From NCBI GenBank assembly GCA_964187785.1, contig OZ076410.1:71672001-71736000 (forward strand): DNA of 64,000 bases. Direction: 5' to 3'. Made by a program: the position numbers and the translations under genes. The DNA comes from Amphiscolops sp. MND2022 (taxonomy: Eukaryota). This document shows positions 1 through 10,672 of the stretch, in pieces. The number at the start of each line of letters is the position of its first letter. Within the stretch, counting starts at the first letter, position 1. Under the pieces are notes generated by a model. The model was given only the letters and a program-made list of their open reading frames with translations, did not search any database and was not told the DNA's origin.

Positions 1-1045
1 AGTAGTGAATAATTTCGCATGAAAGTATCTTGAGCCATTGTGGTTTATCGTTCTCAAGGAAGCGAATGAGATGATTGAGGAAGATTTCACACTCCATAAT
101 CAGGGGCTCCGTGTATCGGGATATCAGTATGTTTATAATGCGAAACAGCCGAACATATAACCCGAAGTTTATGTCTTGATCACCTCCTGCACTAGTCATA
201 GTCCCAGGAATTATTTTCAACTTAGTGCATGGGGATATTAGTTTCAGAACCAATTTACACACATGATCCTTAATTACTGCCAGTAATGTTGGACAGAGAA
301 TCAACTTTTGATAATAAATTTGTAAAAGATTTTCCAACAACTCAATGCCAAGAATAGGTGAAACTTCCGAAGTTGTACGAGGTTGGCTTTGCTCGTTGGT
401 AACATTGGCACACAAATCTTTAATGAAAGTTTCGGCATCTAGGAGAAAAACTGACTGAGATACTTCACTTCCATCTTGAATTTTTTGCGCTGGTAATTTC
501 TTTTCGTCAATTCTATCGAAAATAGTATTTACTAATTGTTTCACTGTAGCCTCAGCAGTATTAGCTATAATTCCTTCCTTTGAGAAAGTCAAGTTTATGC
601 ATATGGCCATTGTTCGTTGTAGAGAAGCCTTGACAACAATGGAATCAGTTGTAACTAACTGAAGAAGAGTCTGTAAAACTTTCAGGGCTTCCATTTCGAC
701 TAAAACTGACATCATTTCAACCACCTTTCCCGCAGCAGCTTCACTGATCAAGGAAGCCATAATCAGCTTTTGCACAGCTTGCAAGCTAATTTGATTAAGC
801 CGGGGTATTTTAGCGTCAACGGCTAAAAGGAAGGGTTCAATCAGATCTGAGGAAACATCGCGGATACCAGAGGCTAAATCGATTGGTTTATTTGTTTGAA
901 TGCTTCTTATTTTGAGGATGGACGCATCGCACAATTCTTTAATGTTGGGGTGCTTCCGTTTCGTTTCAGCTGCGGTGAGACGTAAATCTGTAAGGAAATT
1001 CTCAATAACTTTCTTCAGAGTGAAGTCGGCTGTCTGTTGTGCCAT
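1..1045 (-). CDS. MON2: MON2 (Sec7-family-related ARF-GEF-like scaffold), N-terminal 348 codons; continues beyond window start
   Basis: Manual minus-strand translation from ATG at 1045 is open to the window edge: MAQQTADFTLKKVIENFLTDLRLTAAETKRKHPNIKE...EALKVLQTLLQLVTT...NTAEATVKQLVNTIFDR...GIELLENLL...ECEIFLNHLIRFLENDKPQWLK. It is colinear with the metazoan MON2 N-terminus as recalled (LKLLQT, NTAAATVRQ, GLELLES, ECEIFL, DKPQWL). It is missing from the ORF track, presumably because it has no stop codon in the window. Confidence 0.93.
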   Translation of the reverse strand, partial: MAQQTADFTLKKVIENFLTDLRLTAAETKRKHPNIKELCDASILKIRSIQTNKPIDLASGIRDVSSDLIEPFLLAVDAKIPRLNQISLQAVQKLIMASLISEAAAGKVVEMMSVLVEMEALKVLQTLLQLVTTDSIVVKASLQRTMAICINLTFSKEGIIANTAEATVKQLVNTIFDRIDEKKLPAQKIQDGSEVSQSVFLLDAETFIKDLCANVTNEQSQPRTTSEVSPILGIELLENLLQIYYQKLILCPTLLAVIKDHVCKLVLKLISPCTKLKIIPGTMTSAGGDQDINFGLYVRLFRIINILISRYTEPLIMECEIFLNHLIRFLENDKPQWLKILSCEIIHY

Positions 1046-1180
1046 TGTGTCCTGGAACAATCACTCACATAGTCAGTTACATGAAGAACAACGATGTACA
1101 GTTGAATCAGTCTACTTCGTTTCGCTAGAGACCGAATCAAATAATACGAATAATGAATACGAGTTGATGGATCACACCTA

Positions 1181-1494
1181 CACCTGCTAATTATTTATCT
1201 GCTAATCGCGATAGTAAATACCTGCTAATAGTAAAAGTTATTATTTGCTAAAGAAATAGCGCTGGTAAATACCTGCTAATAATTACAGTACTTCTTTAAA
1301 GGTTTGCGTATTTGTTGTATGGCTCGGTCGCTTCGCTCCCTTCGCCAAGTAGCAACATTGAGGCATGGATTCAATTCGCTTATATTCTTGTGTTTGCAGG
1401 TATTTACTATCAATGTTAGCAGGTATTTACTAAAAGAGTATTATTAGCAGATACATACTGCTCATTTTATCAGCAGCTAAATAATTAGCAGGTA
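1181..1494. mobile_element. MITE with ~25-bp TIRs and TA flanks (Tc1/mariner-like non-autonomous)
   Basis: Left end CACCTGCTAATTATTTATCTGCTAAT; right end reverse-complements to TACCTGCTAATTATTTAGCTGCTGAT; TA on both flanks; internal ACCTGCTAAT subrepeats are mirrored in the two arms. Confidence 0.7.
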
Positions 1495-1831
1495 TATGCT
1501 TCCCCCGAATTGATATTGTTGTTTTGTGGATTAACTGGAGGGATTTCTCCCAATGTTTCATTGAACACATATCCAGGTGTTGCAGCAGTTTTGGCAGTCA
1601 CACGCGATTGCCCAAGAGCAAATCAAGCTTTCATTGAAGAAATTTCTTATGTAGCTCCACATATAGTCTACGAGCCGATTTTTGAGACCATCTGGATTGA
1701 AGAAGTCCACATACCATTTGGCTTAATTTTTTCGTCGAGTCATTTGGCTTAAAAATTTTAAGCCAAGTGACCGCAAAATTAAGCCAACTCCATTCCAACT
1801 CAAGGAATAAATATGTCAACTCCCGGAAATA

Positions 1832-2015
1832 TCATATTGTGGGGCATATGCGGTGTATGCACGCTCGACCTCACCGTCGCAAAGACCAGCTCCCACTATG
1901 ATCGCTTCGCGATCTTCGTTCCCGCTAGGCCTTTGCTCCTGTTCGACCTCGCTTAGCAAGATGGGAATATAAGCAGCCCCAAGGGGCCGCAGGGCACTAG
2001 AGGAAATGGGGACAT
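1832..2015. repeat. ~190-bp GC-rich interspersed core; other copies at ~3302-3488, ~9690-9825, ~40245-40432, and a diverged piece at ~9325-9370
   Basis: Direct sequence matches, e.g. GAGGTCGAACAGGAGCAAAG...GGGAGCTGGTCTTTGCGA; this copy is inverted relative to the others. Confidence 0.85.
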
Positions 2016-2105
2016 TCCCGAGGGGTACTTGATATGACATGTTATAATAATACGCTGACTACGTTATAAAGATAAATTCGACAAAATCTGCCACGTGTTT
2101 TCAAC

Positions 2106-2450
2106 AGGGCAGGGACATTTCGTCACCAGCCATTTGGGCGACAAAAATTTCTGCCAATTTGGGCGACAATAATGTCGCCCAAATGTCCCATCAAATATGT
2201 TCACATACCCCCTAGTGCCCTAAACGCAGGAGCGAAGCGGAGCGGAGCGACGTGCCATATGGCCATGCCTCAATGTTGTTACTTGGCGAAGGGAGCGAGG
2301 CGACCGAGCCATACAACAAATATGCTAACCTCTTTAAATATATCAGTTAATTGATCACTTTGATCAACCCATTTGGTCGACACTTGTGTCGCCCATGTGA
2401 CCGACGCCATATTGTCGCCCAAATGGCTGGTGACGAAATGTCCCTGACCC
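2106..2450. mobile_element. Mutator-like MITE, ~39-bp TIRs, 9-bp TSD
   Basis: TIR CAGGGACATTTCGTCACCAGCCATTTGGGCGACAA at both ends; GTTTTCAAC duplicated at 2097-2105 and 2451-2459. Confidence 0.88.
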
Positions 2451-2604
2451 GTTTTCAACTACGTGGTTTTAAGTCAAATGACTTTAAGCCAAGTGACCAA
2501 TACCCGAGACACTTAGCTTAAAAAAATTAGACCAAGTGACTAATTGTATTCAGCCAAATGACTTTAAGCCAAATGGCATTAGGTCAAGTGACCACTTACC
2601 ATGT

Positions 2605-2917
2605 AAATAGGTCGAATTTTTCTGGTCGAAAGGACCTTTTGATCGAATTGCAGGGATCGAATGGAATGCAGTCGAGTTTTATTGTATTTGTTGTATGGCT
2701 CGATCGCTTCGCTCCCTTCGCCAAGTAGCAACATTGAGGCATGGCCATATGGCACGTCGCTCCGCTTCGCTCCTGCATTCAGGGCACTAGGGGTATGTGA
2801 ACATATCTGAATACGTTATAAAAATTTCGATCCGAGTTATTTCGATCCCATTCAAAAACTTGGTATGTCGACCTGAGGACAAACTCTGATTTTCGATCCC
2901 GTTCCTTCGACCTATTT
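2605..2917. mobile_element. MITE-like element with AAATAGGTCGAA / TTCGACCTATTT termini carrying the ~120-bp core
   Basis: 12-bp terminal inverted match; TCGA-rich subrepeats; core at ~2686-2808 is an inverted copy of ~2200-2320. Confidence 0.6.
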
Positions 2918-3121
2918 CCGCCCACCCATGATTGATGTGTATACTGATTTTTGCCTTTATTATATATTGCTGTAATTGACATATGTTTTATTTTAGAAGT
3001 CGATGTCCCTTTGACATGTGCTTTGATAATTGCCGTCTAGAGAATACTAGCTTTTATAGAAAAGCGTCTTGATCTGTGAGAAACACGACAATTGGTGTCT
3101 AGACCAGGATACATTTCAAGG

Positions 3122-3622
3122 GCTACGTGGAATCAGCAAATGAAATAGATCTGAAAGTGGGGGCAAAACTGAGATCTAAATAAATTGATCTAAATAATCA
3201 CGTCTAAAAATCTCTTCCTTTTTGATCTTATTTGAGAAAAAAAATGAGTCACTTGAGATCTAAAACTAAAAAGTGATATAAAGTATAAAACGTGCCTTGA
3301 ATATGTCCTCATTTCCTCTAGTGCCCGTGGCCCCTTGGGGCCGCTTATATTCCCATCTTGCTAAGGGAGGTCGAACAGGAGCAAAGACCTAGCGGGAACG
3401 GAGATCGCGAATCGATCGTAGTGGGAGCTGGTCTTTGCGACAGTGAGGGCGAGCGTGCATACATCGCATATGCCCCACATTATATTTTTGCTTTCAGAAC
3501 ACATATTAGATCATAAAGGGGTTAGACGTAAGTATTTCAGATAAAATTAGATCTGAAAGTTGGACCTAACAGTTAGATCTGATTCCATTAGACCCAAGCA
3601 ATTAGATCAAAGGCGTCACTCC
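3122..3622. mobile_element. Non-autonomous AGATCT-rich element with 9-10-bp TSD (Mutator-like), inserted in the Gypsy-1 5' LTR
   Basis: CATTTCAAGG duplicated at 3112-3121 and 3623-3632; the empty site is present in the 3' LTR (~8364-8373); second copy at 40064-40590. Confidence 0.88.
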
Positions 3623-3637
3623 CATTTCAAGGTTAGC

Positions 3638-4231
3638 ATGCCTAAAATTATTGCTGCCAGTACCTTGTTCAACTCAATTGAACAACTTCAAATCAGTTTG
3701 CGTAAACAACTACGAGAACTCGTCCACGTCGGTCCCGGTTTCAGCCTGAACACAGAGTCCGTGAACAAGTCAAAAGACGTTTACAACTATCTAAAGTCCG
3801 AAGAACTGAAAAATACGAGAATATTCCTGTGGCACGATCTGATTAACAATACTATCACACCCCACAAAAGTAATAACTATCAACGGCAAAGTGTAAATCA
3901 GCTTGTGGCTTCATTGAGAAGTCTCAAAAACTCATGCGGCATAGTTTATTGTCAATATACAGGATCCCCGGATATCTTTGAAGACCTGAGAACATTGGAC
4001 TGCCCAATCATCTAAGTCACGACAGGTATTTTGAGCAAGTCAAAGCAGCGCAGTGAAGTACTCGTCGAGAAATACAATGCCTTACATCAATCCAGCGATC
4101 TCGAACTCAGATCCCTAGGCGCTGTCGTACATTATTATCCGAATCTGAGGAAGATCTTGAAAACAAGAGGCACCACGAAGAGAACTCACGAGCAACGAAG
4201 AGAGGCAAAGAGAAAAGGAGAAGACAATTAA
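3638..4231 (+). pseudogene. LTR-encoded ~197-aa ORF, SGNH/GDSL-hydrolase-like fold inferred; one in-frame stop at 4013-4015
   Basis: ORF-track segments 3560-4015 and 4031-4231 share a frame; the TAA is CAA in the 3' LTR copy. Motifs IIAAS, PGFSLN, WHDLINN, YCQ, ALHQ. Confidence 0.7.
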
Positions 4232-4400
4232 AGGTGAGCTTTTGGAGTCTAGGGCTCAGAGCCGCTGTTGTTACCTCTTCACAGCTTTTCGAATTAAAGG
4301 TGATCTTTTAGAGTCTTGAACTCAAAGCCCCGTTAGTAATTCTTAGCCATTAAAACTCAAATAGTTTGAATCGTGTTTTTCCAAGTCATCAGCAAAATCA

Positions 4401-5244
4401 ATGCGTAAACCGGAATTGAACCTCAAGGAACCCGATCAAGCACAGATGTGGCTCAAGGCGTTCGAGAGGCGAGCGCGGGTTGAAAAGCAAAGGGACATCG
4501 ACGCAACACCTGGAACTAGTGGACCACCAGCTGTCGCTGCCGTAGCGAAAGAATATCAAGTGACTGATTTCTTCATGAGCGATTGCGGCCTCGAAGCGTT
4601 GATAATGCTCAGTAGCCTCGTCGCGCCCAGAAACATCGAAGACATGAAATTCATAGATATTCGTAAGCATCTCATAAATTACTTGAAGCCACAAGAGAGA
4701 CTGGTGGTTGCAGAACGCACTGGCTTCCTTCAGATCTCTCAAGGGGGAGAAGAACCAGAAACCGACTACCTTGCTAGGATCCGAGAGGCTGCACGTTATT
4801 GTAAGTTTCTCGATCTCAAAGCTCCTCCGGATCCTGAAGCTGAAATGATCCGAATACAATTCATCGCCGGACTACGGGACAGCGAATCAAATCTCAAGTT
4901 GCTTGAAGCACTCAAAGCAAACAACAATTTGACTTTGGAAGAACTGCTTCAGCTTATTCGATATAGTACCCAGGCCAAGAGTTTTGCTGAGAGCTCAGTT
5001 CATCAGTCCACTTCAAGTGTAATTGCCTATGCAGTATAATAATACAAAAGATCTGAGTCGCCGTCAGAAGCCAGAGCAGTGTGGACGATGTGGACGAAAG
5101 CCATTTCACCTACTTTTTGAGTGCCCTGCTAAGGATGAAAAGTGCCACAATTGTTCCAAGGACACTATTCTAAAAGGTGCAAAGCAAAAAGACAATAAGC
5201 ATCGCGAACTGAGGGGAAAACTTATCGAAAATCAAACGCATTAG
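4401..5244 (+). pseudogene. Gypsy-1 gag (frameshifted) with Cys/His knuckle
   Basis: 212-aa ORF with YLARIREAARYCKF...IRIQFIAGLRD, followed by CGRCGRKPFH...C...CHNC. Confidence 0.85.
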
Positions 5245-5339
5245 TGCACCATTTTGGGGAAGAACAAGAATTCGAAGCTCCCGCCTCATCTGAGGAAACT
5301 ATGTAGTATGTAGAACAAATCGCAACTGTAGAAAAAGTC

Positions 5340-8160
5340 CATCACATTGGAAGCAAAGCTGAATTTCATGACATCAAGATAAATGGTCATGACGTTCGAA
5401 TGCAGAACGACACTGGTTCTTCAGTGACCATTATCCCAACCAAAAATTGGCGGGAAATTGGCTCTCTAACCTTGAGCACTAGCCCCCGATAGATTGAAGC
5501 ATGAGATGGACACCGAATGACTTATCTTGGTCATCTAAAGTGTGAGATCCCATGAGAAAGGAAAATTCATAGCGTTGATGTTGCACTTATCGAGTTCGAG
5601 AAGGAGTTAAAGGAGTTAAAACCTGTTTTGCGTCGCGCTCCGAAAGTTGCACTTGCCATGGAAGACCAGGTCAAGATTGAATTGACGAAACTTCAGGCAC
5701 AAAGAATCAGCGCCCCAGTCGATCCAGGAGGTGTCATGAATGCTTCGCCAGTCGTGTAGCAAAGGAAGAAAAACGGATTTTTTTCGGCTTTGTGCAGACT
5801 TCAAAGTTCATGTAAACGATAAGATCATGACTGAAGACTACCCTCTTTCCGACATAGAAACATTATTTCACGAGCTGGAAGGATCAAAATTTACGTCAAC
5901 ATTGACTTATCATCTGCTTATTACCAAATAATGCTGGATGATGCAGCGCAGGAACTTTGTGTCATCAACACAACGCTGGGTCTCTTCAAGTTACTCAGAC
6001 TACCTCAAGGAATGGAAAACGCATCCGGAATGTTCCAGCGAACAATCGAGAACACTCAAAAAGGATTGGCTGGCACTATCTGTTTCCAGGACGACGTACT
6101 GGTACACGGAAGAACAAAAAGTCAATGTGAGAAGCGTTGGAGGGCAGTTTAGGATAGCCTGAAAGACAAGGGGTTGACCATGAACGAAATCAAGTCTGGA
6201 AATGTCATGGAGAAAACCACGTTTCTCGATTTCACAATTTCAGGAAACGGGATTGAGGCTGATGATCGCCTTGTCAATAAAGTCAGGAAAATCCATCCTC
6301 CTCAAAGTGTTAAGGAAGTCGAACAATTTTGTGGGTTGGTCAACTTCTACGGCCGGTTCATCTCAAACGTCACGTCGAAAATTGCCCCAATATCTGATCT
6401 GAGGAAGAAGTCGGAGGCTGAGTTCCTGTGGACCGACAAATGTCAACGTGCATTCGAAAGGCTGAAGTCCGAGCTAGCATCGAAACCTGTTGTTCAGCCC
6501 TATTCTCCGAAAAAGGAAGTAACGATCACAACTGATGCCTCTGAGAAAGCTTTTGGCGGAGTCTTATCTCAAGAGGGGAACCCTGTCATTTATGTATCGA
6601 AGACATTGTCTCAAGCTGAGCAAAGATACTCTAACATTGAGGGTGAAGCTCTAGGGATAGTTCTTGTGCTAAAACGGTTGAAGCAGTTTTTACTTGGCCG
6701 GAAATTCAACCTTGGAACTGATCATCTTCCCCTGGAATTCATATTTGCTCCAAACAAGGGACCCTCAAAATCGGTATCACCAAGGATCACAAGATGGGCA
6801 ATTTTGCTGATGGTTTTTGATACGAGATTAACTACAAAGAAGGTTTCTCGATTCCTCATGCTGACGCTATGAGTAGACTGAATTTCGATAAGGTTGACGA
6901 CGAGTGCAGTCTAGTCAACTACTTGAGTTTCAATCTTGATGAATTCTGTGTTCATTTTGCCGTGCATAAACTCATTCCATTCGAATTAACAGGCGTGTAA
7001 TTGATGGCGATTGGAAAGAATGTACTCAAGTAGAGAGTGTTTTCAAGAAAGTATCTGGTTTCCTCACAGTCGCGAATGGACGAATGGACTGCTATACAAC
7101 GGAACTAGAACTTACATTTCACCAAGAATGCGGAACCTCGTAACTGAACGAGCCCATGACACGAATCCTTGTGTCCAGGCGACTAAGAACATGGTGAACC
7201 TAATGTCTTGGTGGCCTGGGGTAGGAAAAGATGTTGAAACATTCACAAGTGCCTGCTCTGAATGTGGAACAATCCGACCACTAACTGAGAATTCGATCGA
7301 TACTTGGCCAGATGCACAACCATGGGAGAGACTACATATGGATCGGGCTCATATCCAAGAAGTAGGCAACATTCTTATTATTGTCGACGCTGGTTCTGGT
7401 TGGATAGAAGCGTTCATATGCAGCGATCGGCTCACGGAAAAAGTCATACCTTGTCTGTCCGCCGTTTTTGGGAGGTTTGGGGTCCCGCACACTTTAGTTT
7501 CCGACAATGTAAAGGAATTTATCAACGACAAAATTGTTACGTGGTTACAGGCGCAAGGCGGCACCAAATTAGAGAGTCCAATCTACAATCCAAGGAGTAA
7601 TGGACTTGCCGAACGGGCTGTGCAGACTGTAAAGAAAGCATTGAGGGCATGGAACTTGTCTCTTCGTGTCAGCTTCCTTGCATTTCTGCAGCGAGTCCTG
7701 TTCAGACACCGTAACACTTCTTCCGTGAGAGGGAAGGCTCCCTCAGAAGTTCTGCTGTCTACTCCCTGCTGTCATCAATTATCCCATCGGAGAGCTTGTA
7801 GTTTTTCGTGCTGGACCTCACGCTGCGTCTTTTCCTGCGAAGTATGTTGTTCGGAAATGCAATAATACAGCATGGCTCTTTAAGGAAGATTCAGAGGTGT
7901 CCGAGGGAACACTTCTAGCAAGTACTAGCCAAATTGCTCCCTTTGTCTGTCCAACTACCGTTGCCCCTGATCTAGTGACGGCTAGATCAACTACAGATGG
8001 TGCTACGACCACGGGAGTGGCGGAACAAACTTCGACATGCGTTACTAGAAGAGACTCGTCTTTGGTTGTGAAGTCTTCTATCACTCCCGAGGTCCCGATT
8101 AGGAGGTCTGCACGAGTCAGGAAACCGAACCCAAGATTCAACAACTTCCTTTGCAAATAG
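5340..8160 (+). pseudogene. Gypsy-1 pol (protease, RT, RNase H, integrase), fragmented
   Basis: QNDTGSSVTII protease; RLPQGMENASGMFQ...FQDDVLV RT; TDAS...RYSNIEGEAL...TDH RNase H; PWERLHMD...VSDN...SNGLAERAVQT integrase; C-terminal RRSARVRKP. Confidence 0.92.
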
Positions 8161-8184
8161 CCATGAGAACTGTTGGAAGGGGGA

Positions 8185-8810
8185 TGATGTATATACTGAT
8201 TTAAGCCTTTATTATATAATGATGTATTTGACATATGTTTTACTTTAGATGTCGATGTCCTTTTGACTTGTGCTTTCATAATTGCCGTCTAGGGAACACT
8301 AGCTTTTATAGAAAAGCGTCTTGATCTGCAAGAAACACGACAATTGGTGTCCAGACCAGGATACATTTCAAGGTTAGCATGCTTAAAATTATCGCTGCCT
8401 GTTCCTTGTTCAACATCAATTGAAGAACGTCAAATCCGTTTGCGTAAACAACTACGAGAACTCGTCCACGCCGGTCGGGTTTCAGCCTGAACCCAGAGTA
8501 CGTGAACAAGTCAAAAGACGTTTACAACTATCTAAAGTCCGAAGAACTGAAAAATACGAGAAGAATCTTGTGGCACGATCTGATTAACAATACTATCACA
8601 CCCCACAGTAGTAATAAATATCAACCGCAAAGTGTAAACCAGCTTGTGGCTTCATTGAGAAGTCTCACAAACTCATGCGGCATAGTTTATTGTCAACTTA
8701 CAGGATCCCCGAATGTCTTTGAAGACCTGAGAACATTGGACTGCCCAATCATCCAAGTCACGACAGGTATTTTGAGCAAGTCAGAGCTGCGCAGTTAAGT
8801 ACTCGTCGTC
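8185..8810 (+). repeat. Gypsy-1 3' LTR, truncated; carries a frameshifted copy of the LTR ORF from ATG 8379
   Basis: Alignment to the 5' LTR; follows the PPT; similarity ends where the LINE fragment begins. Confidence 0.9.
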
Positions 8811-9185
8811 AAAAAGACATCCCCGATTCCAATTTCACCATTTGTGACTAATAACTCAGGATGCGGAACAGTATCGAATGCTTTCGAGAAGTCGCTATAA
8901 AAAGATATTATATTAGCTCGTGAATTGTCATCGAGACCATCATTGATTTTGTGCAACTAGGCTAGTATATTTGTTAAAACCGACCTTTTTTCACAAAACC
9001 ATGTTGCTCTTTGGTAACGGTTTCATCAAAGAGCTTGTAAACATCTTCGTACAAGCATCTCTCGAAGACTTTGCTGACAATGTTGAGAACTGTAATCGGC
9101 CTATAATTGGAGACAACTGTTTTATCACCTTTTTCATGTATTGGAGTGTTTTGACCTGTTTTCCACTTTTTTGGTAAATTTCTTA
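8805..9185 (-). mobile_element. Non-LTR retrotransposon (CR1/L2/Jockey-like) RT fragment
   Basis: Manual translation PIHEKGDKTVVSNYRPITVLNIVSKVFERC...QHGFVKKRS...SDFSKAFDTVPH with one stop. Confidence 0.9.
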
Positions 9186-9834
9186 AACGCTAAACGTTTT
9201 TGAAAAACAAATTCAGAGTGACGCTCAGCGGAGCCGCGAGTTGCTGGAAAAAGACTGGAGGAATTCCATCCGGGCCCCTTGCCTTTCAAATACCAAGCGT
9301 TTTCAAATAACATTGTTTTCCCTTTGCGGGAACGGAGAGCAATCGAAGAGCGAGCTAGTCTTTGCGACAGGGATTGCAATTAATTGCAATTGCGATAATT
9401 AAAATTGCATGAGCCAGAAATATTTACTAATTGCAATTGCAAAATTTTATATGTTGATATTTGCAGATGCAATTGCGTTTTAGTATATTTCAGAATCTTA
9501 CAATTGGACAAGAAAAGTGGTAAAAAGCAGCTTGTAAGATCTCTCGCACAAAAAACAAAACTATGAAGAGAAAACATAAAATATGCTCAGTGTGAAAAAA
9601 CGCTTTGAAAGCAAGCACTGCATTACCCCTATTAAAAAACAAATTTTGTTGTAATTAAGGTAATGGACAAAACTGCATGGCCACTTATGTTCATATCTTG
9701 CTGAGCGAGGTCGAACAGGACCAAAGCCCTAACGGGAACGGAGATCGCGAAGGGACCGTAGTGGAAGCTGGTCTTTGCGATGGTGAGAACGAGCGTGCAT
9801 TCATCGGAGATGCCCCACATTTCAGTTTTTAGAC

Positions 9835-10095
9835 ACAGTATCATTTCCTGTTTATCTATGAATTCATTCAATGGAGTATCTAAGGTTTCTTCCAATTTCT
9901 TGAATCAGTTTCAAATTTCGACTTCCATACAGACATTGATTTTCGTCAGCGAAGTTTTCTGATCGACGAGCTGTTATTCATTTTTCTCCATTTTTAACTT
10001 AGTGCCCTCTTCAAGTTCATCTTTGAGTTTACGCCTACCGTGTTCCTCGCATAGTTTGCAAAACCAGATGAGTCTTTTACATTTCTTGAATGCAT
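9835..10095 (-). pseudogene. Possible LINE ORF1 fragment (end of PHD-like finger plus coiled coil)
   Basis: Manual translation KCKRLIWFCKLCEEHGRRKLKDELEE followed by charged helical sequence with stops; close to the RT fragment on the same strand. Confidence 0.4.
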
Positions 10096-10429
10096 TCAGT
10101 AATGAAGATGGAAGACCCCAACATAAGTTCCCGTGATACCAAATACCAGACATTTGGCAAGCGAGGCTTCCTTCTTATCACTCATTTCCACATTCACCAC
10201 AAGGATATTTTGCAGAAGGATTTCTCCTGCCACCATTCATTCCGAATCAGATATGCCCCTTTTATCCATCTAAGGTTTTTGAAGGCATAATTCTGACGAA
10301 GGATGACTACAAAGACTGAAAGACTGAAGTCACTTAAATGTAATAACTTCAGGTTGTCTTTTGTCTTCTTTGTCTCTCTGATAAAATTTACTCTTCTTGG
10401 GTTTTTTCTTCCTACCGAATGATCCAAAG

Positions 10430-10672
10430 TTATTGCGTCGATTCCAGATTGTGTTGAAGAAATTCAACTCTAGTGCATCCGACAGAAAGCTCGAAGTGTA
10501 TTGAAGTCTGCTTCAGCTTTCTACTTGATACGAGTTTTCTTCTAGCGTCTTTGATGAGGTTTCCTGTTTTCTGTAGGTCTTTCAAGATATTCTTTGTGCC
10601 AAGTCGCTGACAGTGGGTTCTGTAATCGTTGCTGCTGTCCTTTGAGGTAGTGTTATTCACGATGTCGTGCCG
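10430..10672 (-). pseudogene. Third, diverged fragment of the SGNH-like accessory ORF family
   Basis: RHDIVNNTTSKDSSNDY...HCQRLGTKNILKDL...KLVSSRK matches WHDLINNTITPHKSNNY...YCQxTGSPDIFEDL...ILSKSK. Confidence 0.65.

Larger units (their letters stand above)
1712..2600. repeat. Foldback-like element with CATTTGGCTTAA / TTAAGCCAA(A/G)TG subrepeat arms, interrupted by nested elements
   Basis: Inverted short subrepeats at ~1716-1790 and ~2465-2600; boundaries approximate. Confidence 0.45.
2933..4391 (+). repeat. Gypsy-1 5' LTR (~960 bp net of a 501-bp insertion)
   Basis: TGATG...CATCA termini; aligns with 8185-8810 once 3122-3622 is removed. The right end rests on CATCA only, because the 3' LTR is truncated. 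Confidence 0.8.
2933..8810 (+). mobile_element. Ty3/Gypsy LTR retrotransposon Gypsy-1, decayed, 3' LTR truncated
   Basis: Homologous LTRs begin TGATG at 2933 and 8185; PPT GGAAGGGGGA at 8175-8184; internal gag, protease, RT, RNase H and integrase in Gypsy order. Confidence 0.93.

Noticed and set aside
900-1190. 96-aa plus-strand ORF
   Set aside because: Overlaps the MON2 start in antisense and has no recognisable features; treated as a shadow ORF.
4392-4400. Novel PBS-independent priming in Gypsy-1 (no TGG after the LTR)
   Set aside because: gag starts only 9 nt after the presumed LTR end, which is more simply a deletion or an imprecise LTR boundary; a single decayed copy cannot support the claim.
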